From the NCBI GenBank assembly GCA_964187785.1, contig OZ076409.1, positions 7,752,001 to 7,816,000 of the forward strand: a stretch of 64,000 nucleotides of DNA. The letters run 5' to 3'. Position numbers and translations under genes: made by a program. This document shows, in pieces, positions 50,518 through 63,961 of the stretch; the stretch's first letter is position 1, and every line of letters begins with the position of its first letter. The DNA comes from Amphiscolops sp. MND2022 (lineage: Eukaryota). The notes beneath the pieces were generated by a model that worked only from the letters and a program-made list of their open reading frames with translations, made no database searches and was not told where the DNA came from.

Positions 50518-52312
50518 GCTTCGCTCCCAATTACCAACAAACACAGTTATGACCCATTTTAGAAGCAAAAATGATTGATTTCAAAGGAAAGTTTTCTCAA
50601 AGATATTGCCGAAAATTCACAAAATTCTTGATCAGTTTTGAGTTGGAAAAACATTTCCGAGGTTTTTGACAGATTTTGGAGGCAAAAATGATTGATTACA
50701 AAAGAAAGATTTGAAAGATATTGCTGAGAATTCTTCAGTTTTCCGTTGGAAAAACATTTCCGAGATTTCGTGGTAATCGATATAAAATTACTGTGCAAGT
50801 TGCTGTATTTTTATGAAACGACGAAATTCGAAATTTTTTGTTTCCAACTGCCGTAAAAGTTATAATTTTGATCAAATTTGGGAAGAAACCGGAATCATTT
50901 TCACATAAGACTTTCACATACTCAAAATTTCAAAAAGTATGTGTTCAATATTTTAGTTATTGGCGGACTATTGTCATTTGTTCTGGCTATCAACAATAAA
51001 AAACTCGGCAGAAATTCGTTGAATTATTTAAATATTTATCTGCAATTTTGGATTATAATTTGAAAAAAATGAAAAAAGTTGGAATAAAAATAATTCTGGT
51101 CATTACCGCTCCGGGTGCTTAAGGGATCTCTGAGATTGATCGAAACAGAATTGACTAGCTCTAGGCTCAAAATGACGGCGTGATCAACCGTTGCTGCAAA
51201 TGCAGTGAAAACGTCTTGTTTTTTCCTTTCTTCCAAAATTTTAAGCGCAAGGCGGTTGGAAATGTTTTATCAAAAAATCATTCGTTGAAGACGATTTAAC
51301 AACCAATCGCTTCTCAGCTTTTCAGCAAACATTTCTATAAATTCATTGAAGGAATTTTTCCCGCTTCTGATTTCATAAAAATTCAAGCTTGTCGAGCAAA
51401 CTTCAAAAATTAACCAATTATTTGCTAAATGGTTCAAACTTCGTGTTATACCTGCACCGAAAAATATCTAAAAAAATGTATCTAAGAAAAAAAAGCGAAG
51501 AAATCAGAGTTTTGACGCCATCAAACAGATTTGTATGAGGAGTTTTGACGAATTCTGTATTCAACTTTGAAGCAATTAATGGTTTTTAATGAAGTTGGTA
51601 AAAATGAACCAAATTTTTCTACCGAAGTACTTGAATTTTCGAAAATTTTTCTTTTTCGTCTTCTTGAGAGAGGATAAACTGTAATCTAGCGCGGTTCTTT
51701 TAGTGCCTAATGATTCCTATTGCAGAATTGCGTCATTGAGCAGTTTTTAAAAAAAGTTCCTCAATTCTACTAAAAGAGTCTCCGTTTCGTTTCATCTTTA
51801 TGTATTTTCAGCAGTCTGTCACTTTGTTTTTAACAAATAATTTTCACAGAGGGATCTTATTGTAATTATTTAATTATCTCTTATGATTACTTATAATTAT
51901 TTCTTGTCTTTGGGAAGTGTTGGATTTTTTCCAAGCATTTCAAGATGCATGCTGGATAGTTTTTCGAGCACAAAATGTACCGTGTTTTTTTCGGCACTGT
52001 GTAGTTTTTCTTCGAGAAATGTTTTTGGAAAACTTTCCAGACCCTAGTTGAAACAATTCACATCTTTTGCAAAATTCTTACAAAAACTCTTGTAAGAAAA
52101 TGCATTATTTGACACTAAATCTTACGAAAATTTGCGATTTTCAGCTGAAAATGGTTCAAAAAATGCATAAATCTTACAAAACTCTTACAAAATTTGCATC
52201 GTTCCACTAAAGGAAATTCTGGAAAAAGTCGTTCCTAATCAGAAAAATTTATGCGAGCGATGAAAGATACCATTTCCAAATTCTCAGCCTTAGCCTTTCG
52301 CAACGAAAGGAT

Positions 52313-52512
52313 NNNNNNNNNNNNNNNNNNNNNNNNNNNNNNNNNNNNNNNNNNNNNNNNNNNNNNNNNNNNNNNNNNNNNNNNNNNNNNNNNNNNNNNN
52401 NNNNNNNNNNNNNNNNNNNNNNNNNNNNNNNNNNNNNNNNNNNNNNNNNNNNNNNNNNNNNNNNNNNNNNNNNNNNNNNNNNNNNNNNNNNNNNNNNNNN
52501 NNNNNNNNNNNN
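52313..52512. other. Assembly gap (200 N)
   Basis: Run of N. Confidence 1.
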
Positions 52513-52955
52513 ACGTTATTCCCCAAAAGGGCGATTTTAGACGTTATTCCCAGAAAAAGTGATTTTAGACGTTATTCCTGAAGAATGGTGATTTTAGACG
52601 TTATTTTACCGGAATACGGGTTCTTTTAAACGTTATTCCAGTAGAATACAGTGTTTTTAGATCTTATTCTACCAAAATACAGTGATTTTAGACGTTATTC
52701 CACGAAAATACGTTGATTTTAAATCTTATTCTACCAAAATACAGTGATTTTAGACGTTATTCCCCAAAAAGGCGATTTTAGACGTTTTTTCACCAAAATA
52801 CGGTGATTTTGGATCTCATTCTAACAAAAATTTAAAATATAGACCATCTCCATCTAAAATTTACGACAATATTCCAAACTTGGACCATTTTCATCTAAAA
52901 TTTACGACAATATTCCAAATTTGGACCATTTTCATCTAAAATTCATGACAATCTA
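52513..52955 (+). repeat. Tandem minisatellites (~28-31-bp GTGATTTTAGACGTTATTC units, then ~39-bp GGACCATTTTCATCTAAAATTTACGACAAT units)
   Basis: Directly visible arrays abutting the gap. Confidence 0.9.
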
Positions 52956-55900
52956 ACCCAAAATCTAAACCCAAAATCCTACCTACAAGCGGCTTCGGGA
53001 AACGCGGTGCAGAAAAGCGTCCTTGATGCTACCCGGGTCATTAAGGTAACCCTGTTATAGATACAGACTTTTAATTCAGATGTTATTCAAAAAAGACACA
53101 AAATGGGTCCTTGACGAAAATCTTGAACGAATTTTTGGTCGAAATAACACATCGCATTATTTGTAAGAATTTTTTACAAATAGATACAAATTTTGCAAAA
53201 ATGTTATTAGACTCTTGTAAGAAATGTTCAACGTGTACCAAACTTGCAAAATTTGCGATTTTTGTACAAACTCGTAAGATTCTTGTAAAAAATGCATAAT
53301 TGGTAAGAATTTAGGACCAATTTTGCAAAATTTGTGATTCTGAAAAACTAGGGGAATCTATTTGGGGCTCGAGCTCTGCGAGGTGCCCAAATAGTGAAGT
53401 TTTATTTTTTTCGCAGATTTCGTGACATCTGCCAAGTTTTCAAAATTCTGAGGGAAATTTCTTAAAACCGATAATAGATATGGATACCATGTTTTCGCTA
53501 AAAGTTGGGCAAGATCCTATGCTACATTTTCGCCGGAAAAAATTTCAAAAACAAATTCCGCTTCATGGTTTTGAAGTTTTGAGTTTTTTCATCTTTGATC
53601 CCTTATATCTCAGAACCGAGACCAAATACAGAGTCCATTATTGCGTAAATTGTACAAACATTTCATAGGCTACGTTTGAGGCTAAACGTCATAATTTTTT
53701 GTCATACTTGTTTTTTTGAGCAAAAAAGGCATGAACAAAAAGGGCTGATATTTTTTCGTATTCGTAGCTCATATTTCTCAAAATTGAAAATAAATACCAA
53801 AACCATTCTTCCTCACAAAGTGAGGCAAGGATGTACGCTAGTTTTTGACGATCTAAGTTTCCGTCACGAAGTTTGACGCCTTCGGGTTTCTATCAAAATT
53901 ACATTTTTCCTTGTTCTCAAAAAATTTTTTACTCATCTTTCTAGTTCTTTCGTCAAATTTTTCTTTATCTGTGACTAGATAAGTTCACTAAGTTTTGGGC
54001 CCTGGAATATATACTATTTGTAGCACCTTCTGCAAACCATCGAATGTTTCTGCTCGAGGCCAAGCGCGACATGCCGTCGCGCCTATCGGTTTTTTTGTTT
54101 TCAGTTTAGAAATCTTTTTTGTAGGATCTTTGTAAACTTGTGTCATTGTACGACTTTTTTGACCTTCAAGTAGTTCAGTCAGATTTTCTCTCCACAAAAT
54201 AACATCAAATACATTTTCTTCGGAACTAAAATATTAGTTGCTAAATTTGTTGGACTTACCTGCTGTATTTTTTCTTGAAAACCAAAATCATAGTTTTGGC
54301 ACTGTTCTATCAAAAACTTTTCCACTACCAATTTCCAGCTGCAACTACTAGATGCTGCTGGGAAATTGGAAAGACATTCCCTTGGCCTAGTGATAAGCGG
54401 ATGTGTCTATGTAGCGATTGGCGCTGGGACAACAGGTATAGGTTACAATCACGCGCTGAATATGGTTTTTAAATGTCTAATTGGTACTGTTTGGAACTGG
54501 GCGACGTTGTTTCACACTTTTTCATGACTCTGCACTTTTCTTGAGGTTTCCTGTTAGTGAAAAAATGTTTTGGAGCTTGGAGGGTCTCCCATTTTGTTTC
54601 GGTTTTTAACGACATTTCTAAAAACAACTTTAAACCAAATAGTCCCCCGGGGCGAGAACATGCTTCCAATCGCCGTCGAATTTATGTTTTTTTTTCCGAA
54701 ACAAAGAATGATTCTTTCATCGTTGAAAAATGAACTGCTTCCTATTTTTACAAAATGAGCCCGACTATTACAGTGGCACGTTTTGTTTTCCTTCTTTTCG
54801 TCAGATAACAGAATTTATGCGTAGGGAACAGAACTACTTTTAACAGAACTACTAAACACTGGACCGGCAAACGGAAACGCATCTAAGTTAGCCCTAAGAT
54901 ACAAAAATCACAACTGTTGCAAAATTCTTACAAGAATTCATGTAAGATCTCGTAGGAAAATGCATTTTTAGAATCTAACTCTTGCAAAAATCTTGCATGA
55001 TTCGCTTTTTTCTGCTCAAAATGTTACAAAAAATGCATAAATCTGACAATTTTTTTTTCATTTCCTGCCTCAAAAAACGTGAACGGCTGCAAAAGAAAAC
55101 GATCTGTACGCGAAAAATGATACAATTGGCCATATTAAAGCTTAGCTACTCTAGAGGAACAACCTCCCTATATCTAGACTAGAGCATCTAGATCTTAAAT
55201 TATCGGAATACCTTATGAGCATTGTTTGTTATGTTGTTGCTGTAAAGCTCTAAGAGAGCAATGTCCTCCATTCTCAAGCAGTCTCCTGACTAGTTGAATT
55301 GGGCTGGGGAAGAAATGAATCCAATGGTTGAATTTTGCTAGAATTTTCGGGTTTTTCTAGTTTTCAATATGACATTGCACAGGTGGTTTTGAGGTATTTT
55401 TACTGATTTTCTCCATCACAGCAGCTGACAGCAGGTTTGGGTTAAAACTGTTAGAAAGCCCTCGAGTAGTATTTTCATTTGTTACCATGTTCATTTTCTT
55501 ATCATCATTAGCTGAAGAGTTCTCGGAATTTTTGTCCGCAGTTTCATAGCTGGAATACATTATAATAATTTATGGGGTAAAATTGCATGTAAATGCTTCT
55601 TGCTCAAAAATAACAATTTGGACCCTTTTTCTGGGATACTGGGACTGTTTGTGCATTGTAAACGGCAACCGTCGCTGTTGTTGCTGGTAGTTTGATGATT
55701 TTTGAAATTTGAAATTTTTGTCGAATTAACACATCACATTTTTTGTAAGAACTTCTTGCGAAAAAAATGCATTTTTTGCAAAAAATGTTATCAGAATCTT
55801 GTAAGAAATGATCGACATTGTAACAAATTTGCAAAATTTGCGATTCTTGTACAAACTTCTTGTAAGATTCTTGTAAGAAATGCAAAGTTGACAAGAATTT

Positions 55901-56479
55901 CGGAAGAATTTTGCAAGATTTGTGAATCTTGTAACCTAGGGAGTGCAGAGGGTCCCCCTTTCATTCACTTCTTTTTTAACGCAGGATACAAAACAGGAGG
56001 AGACTATAGGATCCCCCCTTTGATTTTTCCGGCACTGTGCAACTTTTTTCGAGTTTTTTGTCGTCCAAGTGTCCCCCTTCAAGTTTTTCGGCACTATGAG
56101 ACTGTTTGAAACTACTCATTTTTCGTTTTTCATGTTTTTTCTAATTGTCTCCAAAGGGTCCCCCTTCATTTTTTTTCGAGTTTTTTCTAATTGTCTTCAA
56201 AGGGTCAGCCTTCTTTTTTTAAATATTTTGCAACAAATTGGATTTTCAAAAAGTCCAAAGTGTCCCCGTTTTACAATTTCAAAAGTTTTGGGCTTTTTGA
56301 GCCGTAGATATAGCGCCGACTTCAGACGTTCCCGTCTTGTTTCAAATTATACTATAGCAAAACTGTTTTCTGATATAACGTCTGTTAAAATCGTGGTTCG
56401 AATCAAAACAAAACATTTTTCCAATAAAGTCTGCTGAAGTGGTCAAAGAGTTGGATTCATACGTTGTTTGCAAAATTGT

Positions 56480-57860
56480 TACTCTTCACGAATTAGGTTT
56501 ATCATACAAAAACAATACACAAAAATGTGTTATCAGCGCTTTTTGAAAACGAAATTTTATGCAGCGATAAACCGTCTAGATCGGTCAAAAAAGTTCAGCA
56601 AAAAAGAGCAAAGACAACTTGTACGAAACGTAGAAAAAGTCCTAAAAACAACATCAGAACGAAAAAAGTTTTGCACAGCTCTTTTTTAACGTCAAAGCCA
56701 ATTCCTTGATGTATATTCGAAGAACTCTGAAGAAATATGGACCTTATGGTTTCTGGAAAAGCTGCCAAAATTTCAATTTGAACAAAACGCAAAGCTTTTT
56801 CAGAAAATATTGGTGCTCGAGAATTGATTTTGATCCAGCATCAATTTTCCCACAAAAAACTGAACACAACAATTTTGGCAATATTCATTTAGAAAAAAAC
56901 TCCGGCAAAATTCTCAATTTGCCGAAAAAAAACAGAACTAAATCAAAATCAATGAATCTTTTTCATCGCTTTCATAGTTTCGTTATAACGCTCTTAGTTG
57001 TGCTCCCAAGGGAAAAACTGACTTTAACACAGTGGTAAAGTGATTTCGTCAGATCACAGAGCTCGTCCTATTTGGCCCTCTTTAGCGACTTCTTGAGAGT
57101 TTTCCCCCAGTAAAAATGATGCGACCCAAATGTAATTTAAATATCTGACCAAGTCATGAGATTTGATTGCAACTCTTGTTTTTTTCGGCGCTGTGAAACA
57201 TTTGTGTCCGTGAGATTACGTTTAGAAATCAAAGTTCCGAATTTTAAACTTCAACAATGCCTAAAGTATTCAATAGTTTTTTTTTCACCTTTTTGCATTT
57301 TTGGTCTAAGTTTTGGCTGGAGGGAAACTCAGTTTCTGTGAAAAACGTTTTATTACTAGACGATACCCGCGTTCGTTTAAATAGTGACGGTGTTTTGCGG
57401 GTGTTTGGGAAAAATGGTGGTCATCTTTGTCCCAAAAACACCCACGGACTAAGCGCAGACAAACGATCTATTATGTTTTGGGGGCCATCTGATCAAGTGG
57501 CAGGAACATGCTGGTTAAATGTCCAGCAACTCTTAACAGTTTTGGATATTTTGAGATTTTGAAACAATACGATAAACATTTGATATTTCAGGACTTGGTG
57601 TTCCAGCAAGACAACGCTCTAGTACACAAAACACAAAAGTGAAGTTGTTTGCCTTTTTCAGGCCCAAATGCAATGGTTGGTGAGTCATTTGTCAGCTTAC
57701 AGTCCTGACTTGAGATTGCAAATATTTTGGACGTTTTCAAAAAAGCTTTCGAGGTCAAATTGTTACCTGAGAGAACTTAGAAGAAAATGTCATGGAAGTG
57801 TGTAACAACCGAAATCCTCTAGCACTGTATTAAATGAAATTAGTATTTCACGAAGTCTTG
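56480..57860 (+). pseudogene. Decayed Tc1-family transposase, interrupted by a ~500-bp insert
   Basis: HTH/linker-like QRFLKT..RSKKFSKKEQRQLVRNVEK and IRRTLKKYG. Catalytic-domain fragments VLLLDDTRVRLNSDGVLRVF, SIMFWG, LVFQQDNALVH, AYSPDL. Confidence 0.75.
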
Positions 57861-58289
57861 TTAAGTGGGAATTGACCGAGTTTTTCTTCTCATTTTAGAT
57901 CCACTTTGCGTTAACATCTAGTCGTACCAATTGAGGGCAACTTTGATCGTGATCACAAGGGGGGGGGGTATTCCGATATTTACCCGAAGGGGGGGGTTGC
58001 CAGCCATAAAGTGAGAGCCAAAATGTGCTCATCGGGATTGGCGCTAACAAGTATTTTCATCGCCTTAAATTTTTTCCTCTAAGTTTCAGACTGATTGGTC
58101 GATAATTCATTTGAAGTCAAAGTTGATACCATATTTGGTACTACTCTCATTATTTTTTCCGCTTACACAATTCATTGCGTAGGGGAAGGATAATCACCAT
58201 CTGTGTAGCGTTTTTTTCTAAATTGCGCCAAAAATGCACTTAAGTGATAATTATAAGTAATCCACTTAGTTAAGTTACGATGCAAGAGT

Positions 58290-58360
58290 TCCGGAGGAAC
58301 AGTTGATAGCGCGCCGGCAGCAAGGCAGTAGATCATGGGTTCGAACCCGGGTTTGAGACT
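58290..58360 (+). pseudogene. tRNA-derived sequence (SINE head or tRNA relic); similar 3' half at ~44930-44968
   Basis: A-box-like GGAACAGTTGATAGCG and B-box GGTTCGAACCC, but no clean acceptor stem. Confidence 0.5.
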
Positions 58361-59651
58361 GGTTTCTTTTGTTTTTTTTTTGGAAGCCAGACCTGAATAC
58401 TTAAGGGCGGAAAATATCTCGGAGAATAGCGGGCGTCTTGTTGATATTACCATTATGTTCTGTTTATACCAATAAGTGGAATAAATTCGAAAAATGTTCA
58501 TACAAATTAAATTATTTTGAGTGTTTTGAAGTCTAATTATCCTTTCCAGAAATAACAGGAAGTTTCTACAGGAATCAGCATTCAAACTAGCATCCGTTGA
58601 ATGACTGGTAAGGAAATGTATTCTACGCAATAATATGATCTACTAGAGTTTTGCTCTTTCCGTTTTCCGTACACGGTTTTCGAATTGGGGGAATCAAAGC
58701 TCATAGAATGCCGTGACCAGCAAATAGAAAATATGAATGGCGGTCAAACCTTTTTTTAACCTCGACAGTGATTTCATCCTCAAAATATTTATGCTGTATA
58801 TTGTTACTTATGTCAATATTGTTTTTTCCGAGCCACGGTGGAAAAGTTACAAGGAAAATGTGAAATTTTGGAAAAAAAATTACATTTCAAAAATTTTGCT
58901 TTATCTCAAAAACTGAGAGTCTATTTGCTAGGTTATTGTCCCAATCTAGTAGCACAGTAGGCCACACTTGAAAACGCATTTGGCAGTTTTTCAAGGAAGA
59001 TTCAGTTATGAATTTGACCGGCATTTGAAAGGTCGGCGAAGCCTAACTAGTGTGCATTTGAAAGCTAATGTAAAAGGCTTTCAGGAGCAGAAAACTGATT
59101 TGAGCTGCGGCTAATATTCGTGAAGAACTTTGTTTTCAATTTTCCTACTTCTCAGTGTATTGTCGAGGTTAACATACTGTAAAAAAATTATCACTCATTG
59201 TTATTCAAGAAGACCTAGTCTAGTAATGACTATTTTGAAGCATTTTCTCTCCTTCGCAAATTATTTTTGTCAAAAAATTAATTAGGGTATGTCATTAGGT
59301 TTATAACATTTACTTTCGTCGAAGTGTGACATGCAATTTAGAAACGTCACTAAAATTCGAATTTTCCCATTTTCAACCAATACAGAGTATCAACATTGAA
59401 ACTCTTTCGAAATGACAACTTCTTGTAAAGTCACATCTGGTTTTTAGCGCGTTTTTTGTTCATTTTTTAATACCGCTTCCTCAAAAAATGGTTTGTTTTC
59501 GATGAAGTTGTTAAAACCCGTCCATTTGCCATAAAGATTTTTGCTTGAAGATTACAAACAGCGTACTTTTATTTTTTCAAAGTTTGATTGTTTAAGAAAA
59601 AAGACAGTTGACTATGAAAAAAACAAGATGACTTGCTGAATTGCCATACTT

Positions 59652-59709
59652 TTTTGTTCAAAAAGCGTGTTGGTAAACACGTGTTTACCAACACGCTTTT
59701 TGAACAAAA
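59652..59709. repeat. Perfect 58-bp palindrome without spacer
   Basis: TTTTGTTCAAAAAGCGTGTTGGTAAACAC|GTGTTTACCAACACGCTTTTTGAACAAAA. Confidence 0.95.
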
Positions 59710-61814
59710 CTGAACTGATTATTTATGTTTTAATTAAAATCGGTGTCGCTGAATGAGAAACTTGACTAGCTTCAAAGCTCTTTTGATTTCGTACTTCTAA
59801 TTTTTTAAATTTGTTTCTATTTTGATTCACTTCATTATGAAAAATATCGAGTTGTCTTGAAATTATTTATTGAAGTTGTTAATCGTGAATGGGTAAGAAA
59901 CTTATTGAGTTGAAAAAAAAAGAAAATCTAGAATCACCCGAAAGCTTAAAAAGAAAAAGTCTGTTTGATGACTTCAGCAAAAATCTAATCACAGCTTGCT
60001 ATGCGGCTTTAAAAAATTGGATGGCATGGATTTAGTAGTTTTAAAACTACTTCGTAAGAAAATTCCATGAACGATTGCAAACCTGGAAGCAAACATTTGA
60101 AAAAGCTGCAGTGTTGCCAGAAATTTTTACGTAAATTTTTATTTTTGAGAACGCATTTTTTTCACATTTTTTCCTCACGAAAGGCGCTTTTGAAGAAAAT
60201 TGTCCGACTCTTACAGTGTGTAGTTTTTTAGACGCGTAAGGTCCACTTTATTGTTCATTTGTTCACCAACTTGAATTACGGAGGTTCAAAACACTCGAAC
60301 CTCAGAAGCTCGTCCAAAACAAAACGAAAAAAGCAAAACCAACGTCCAGAACCTCGAAAACACACTAAGAATCCCTCCCCCTTTGGCTATCTGGGTGTTT
60401 TTCACTTAAATTTTTTACGGGACTATGAGAAATTTTTCGGATTGCACCAAAGGGTGCCACCTTCAGTTGTTTCTATATTTTGCAGCAGAATGGATGCTAA
60501 AAAATCCGAAAGGGCCCCCATTTTACATTTTAGGCACTGTGACACTGTTCAAAAACCATATTTTTTGATATTTTTTGCTCAATTTATACAAAAGCACTTG
60601 GTTATTAGTCAGCGTGTTTTCTTTAGAGGAAAAAAGTCCGTCTATTACAGTGACTAGTTTTTTTTCACCTGACGACAGAATGTATGCTTATTGGACACTT
60701 TTTACAGAACTACTAAACTACTGGACCGCCAACAGGAAACGCATCTAAGTCAGTGCAAAGAGTCCCGCCTTTCATTTATTCCATTTTAACGTAAGATACA
60801 AACCCAAACGGTACTATAGGGTCCCCCTTTAATTTGTTTCGGCACTATGCAATTTTTTTAGACCTTGTCTCCAAAGGGTCCCTCCTTCGAGTTTTTTCTT
60901 ATTATCCAACAAACTGGAGTTTCAAAAGCCCAAAAGGTTCCCCTTTTTACAATTTTAAAAACTTCAAGCTTTTTGAGCCTTAGATATAGCGCCGAATTTG
61001 GTTGTTCTCGACTTGTTGATGTTTGTGATGTTCGAAGTTGAGAAAAATTTTTCATGTTCAAACTTTTTCATGTTCATGCTTCTCAGTACTCCTACAAAGT
61101 TGGAAACTTGAAGAGATAAGAAACATAGGCGCGACGGCACGTCACGCTTGACTTCGAGCCGAAACGTTCAATGGTGTGATGACGGAAACTTTGATGGAAA
61201 TAAACTAGCCAAAATTCTAGCTGTACTTTCTGAGGGAGAGTGAAATTAGGTAATTTCTGTATCTATTTTCTGTTCTGAGAAAAATGAGCTACAAATTGTA
61301 ACAATTCCTAATGAGATAATTTGCATAATCTGTATTGTTCAACTTGCGAATGAAAGTTGCCAGGAGTGATTGTGCATTTTGCTCATGGTCAAGTGTGCGC
61401 AAAAATACGTTATGATAGAATCCTAATGAGAGAATGGACTTTCATATTATTACACAATCATGCTGATTTATAAAATCTTCTCATGTCACAAAGAAAATTG
61501 AACAGTTAATGAAAAAAAAGTCAGCTGTTCCTTAGCCTGAAGTCAGCGTGACACACAAAAAACATGATGTCATGTAACTGTTTTTTCCCGGTGGGGGATA
61601 AGAATTGTGGTTAGACAGACTTTTGCCAATGCACCTGAAAAACGGTTCGTGCATTATACCTCGTTCAACTTGTGCAATACATTACCTTTGCGATAACGGC
61701 TCTCATTTCACTTCACTTCTTTCGAATCTAATTTTGTATTTCCAACTTGAATAATTTGTTTAAATTGGAACATTTTCTCACTCCGAAACAATTTTTCATC
61801 CAACTGAAGATGGG

Positions 61815-63961
61815 TGTCGAGCCCTACTGTGTGGGTCGGCTTTGAAGGACCTTTCGAGGTTGACTGTCGGTTTTCGGTGTCTGTCTTACTTATGACAGCC
61901 ATCATTAAGTCCTTCAGTTGACTGAACTCATTCTGTAGTTCGTTTATCTTTCTCTCATAACTCTCTTTTATTTCAGATAACTGAGACGAGATATCGGAAA
62001 CCTCGTTGCTATCAGAATCATTGGCAGAAGACTGAGCCATGTCTGGGTCCGTTTGAACGGGTGTTTCTGATGAGGAACTAATAACTCTTCCGCTTCTGAG
62101 TTCGGTGCCTAGATCTGGGTTCATAGAGGTGAGAGAAAAGGAATTATGAGTGAAGACTGGATTCTGGATGATTTTCGATTTATTTTACTATTTTGTGCCT
62201 TTATTCGAACTCAAATTCACTATTTCTGAACTTGAGATGTAAATGCGATGAGTCTTACAGTAAGACAAGGATACTAGTATAGAATGAGAATAGTTAACGA
62301 GGATTAAGTAGAGTTCATCCAAATTTCATCGAACAGGTATCAATCAAGAAATTACTCAAGAGTTGTGAAGGTAGCGTTTTTACGATGAATAAGAGATATG
62401 TTTTCTAGTTCAAATCTGTCGTAATTCGTCCAACTGGACAGTAGCTAATCGCAATTTCGGTCTGAGTAATCTCTAATGGCGGTCCAAAATACAGCAGTTC
62501 ACGTGTCTTTTCAGGCTGGTAAGACGCTAAATCTCTTACCAGCCGACTCTTATTGGCTATTGCCAGTTGGTGCTAATTGGTAAGTCACGTGACCGGTGTT
62601 GTGAACTGCCGCAAGTTGGCCAAACCACATGGTACATCTACATATGTTAATTATGACTAATCATCACTTTACAATGTCGCAATTGCCTGCACACAGTGTC
62701 ATGGTTTCCATAGCAACTCAAATCATTCAATAATGTACTAATTTCAAGTCAAAACAGAGTAAACTGCATCACAGGATGAGAAAACGATGTTTTTCCAACT
62801 AATTCTAGCATTAAAATCAATACTTCAAAAACAAAGATGGAAACGCGATGAATTCGTCAGAATATTCGCTGATTTTCAAGTCTAGTTTAGCTCTGGATGA
62901 AAATGCGATGAATGGTGGTCTTTTAGCTCGAAAATCAACACGATATGAACTGACGATGATAAAAGGATGAACTCGTCTTCAAAATGAATGATTTCCAGTA
63001 CAATTTAAATCAACGATGGTAAAAGGATGAACTCTCCTCGAAAATAACTAATTTCCAGCACTAGTGAAATTGACGATGAATTCAGGATGAATTCAGCCAA
63101 TAAAACAGGTGAAACAGCTAATCCTGCAGTGAAGACAAATATACGATGACTTTAGGATGAATACATTCAATAAAACAGCAAAATCTAATGAATGAAATTC
63201 CAACGATGGGTTTAGGATGAACTCAACTGAAAATTCGGTTAATTCTAACGTAAGTCGAACTAGCGATGGATTTACGATGAACTAGTGATGAGTTAATCTA
63301 ATAAAACAGATATCCAGCACTTCACTCTTTTTTAGGATGAATTAAGGATGTACTTTCTCATTTCTTGCATTTTCTGTTCAGGGCGATGGAATATAGATGT
63401 GTTATGCTCTTTTAAGAAATGAGAAGCACATTGAAGGTTAAAAATCACAAAACGACGATGAGTATAAGATGGTTTTCATGCATTTTAAAGTCCCGTGAGA
63501 TCCGCTGATGGATCACTAAATGAAATCAACTAAATGTCCCAAATTTTGTTCACCCGCAATCTTGGCGATGTGATTGCGATGAACCTTGATAACATAGCAC
63601 CGTGATTTCACTAGTAAGTGAAGTTAAAGGATCACTAAGTCCGCTGATGGATTAGTGATGAACTTTTCTGAAAATCGTCACGACTACAAGTCCTGAGGCG
63701 AGGGAGCTAGTAGAAGTTACATATTCCATTATTTCTACATCTCTCGGTCCAGTCTGACCGGAAAACTTCTCTCCCTCATCGTGACAAACCAATATTGAAT
63801 AAGATAGCACATTAAGAGCTATTGGCCAGATCATTTGTGCGGACACCGGAATTAGAGCGCTCAGTATTAAGTAAATATATATAGCTCAAACTCAGGGGGG
63901 ATAGGGATTAAAGTACAAGTAACGTAGGGTTGCTCACAACCATGGCTCTTATTATATGACA
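61815..63961 (-). mobile_element. Probable LTR (~2.1 kb) of a third LTR element, with Gag-like ORF start (62124-61815)
   Basis: Inverted termini TGTC...GACA. ORF MNPDLGTELRSGRV..coiled coil ISSQLSEIKESYERKINELQNEFSQLKDLM runs to the boundary. No PBS after the left end and no TSD match, so likely a 3' LTR of an element continuing rightwards. Confidence 0.55.
62890..63350 (+). repeat. ~60-bp-period degenerate array inside LTR C, core CGATG-N5-AGGATGAA
   Basis: Cores near 62954, 63014, 63074, 63144, 63204 and 63264. Confidence 0.75.

Noticed and set aside
50474..50530. N-terminal NERT-repeat extension of the 143-aa ORF
   Set aside because: It is translation of the (AACG)n microsatellite from a non-ATG start. 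The first ATG is 50473.
52251..52562. ORFs spanning the N run
   Set aside because: Artefacts of the assembly gap.
52513..52830. CRISPR-like array (also considered 12235-12530 and 62890-63350)
   Set aside because: Units are contiguous or have mutually related linkers rather than unique spacers. There are no cas genes and the context is eukaryotic.
54258..55560. Possible further host exons (donor CAG|GTAAGT near 54258; ORF 55357-55560)
   Set aside because: Isolated splice-like signals that I could not join into a supported gene model.
58290..58360. Functional tRNA gene
   Set aside because: A B box is present, but the acceptor and anticodon stems do not pair cleanly and it lies inside a dispersed repeat.
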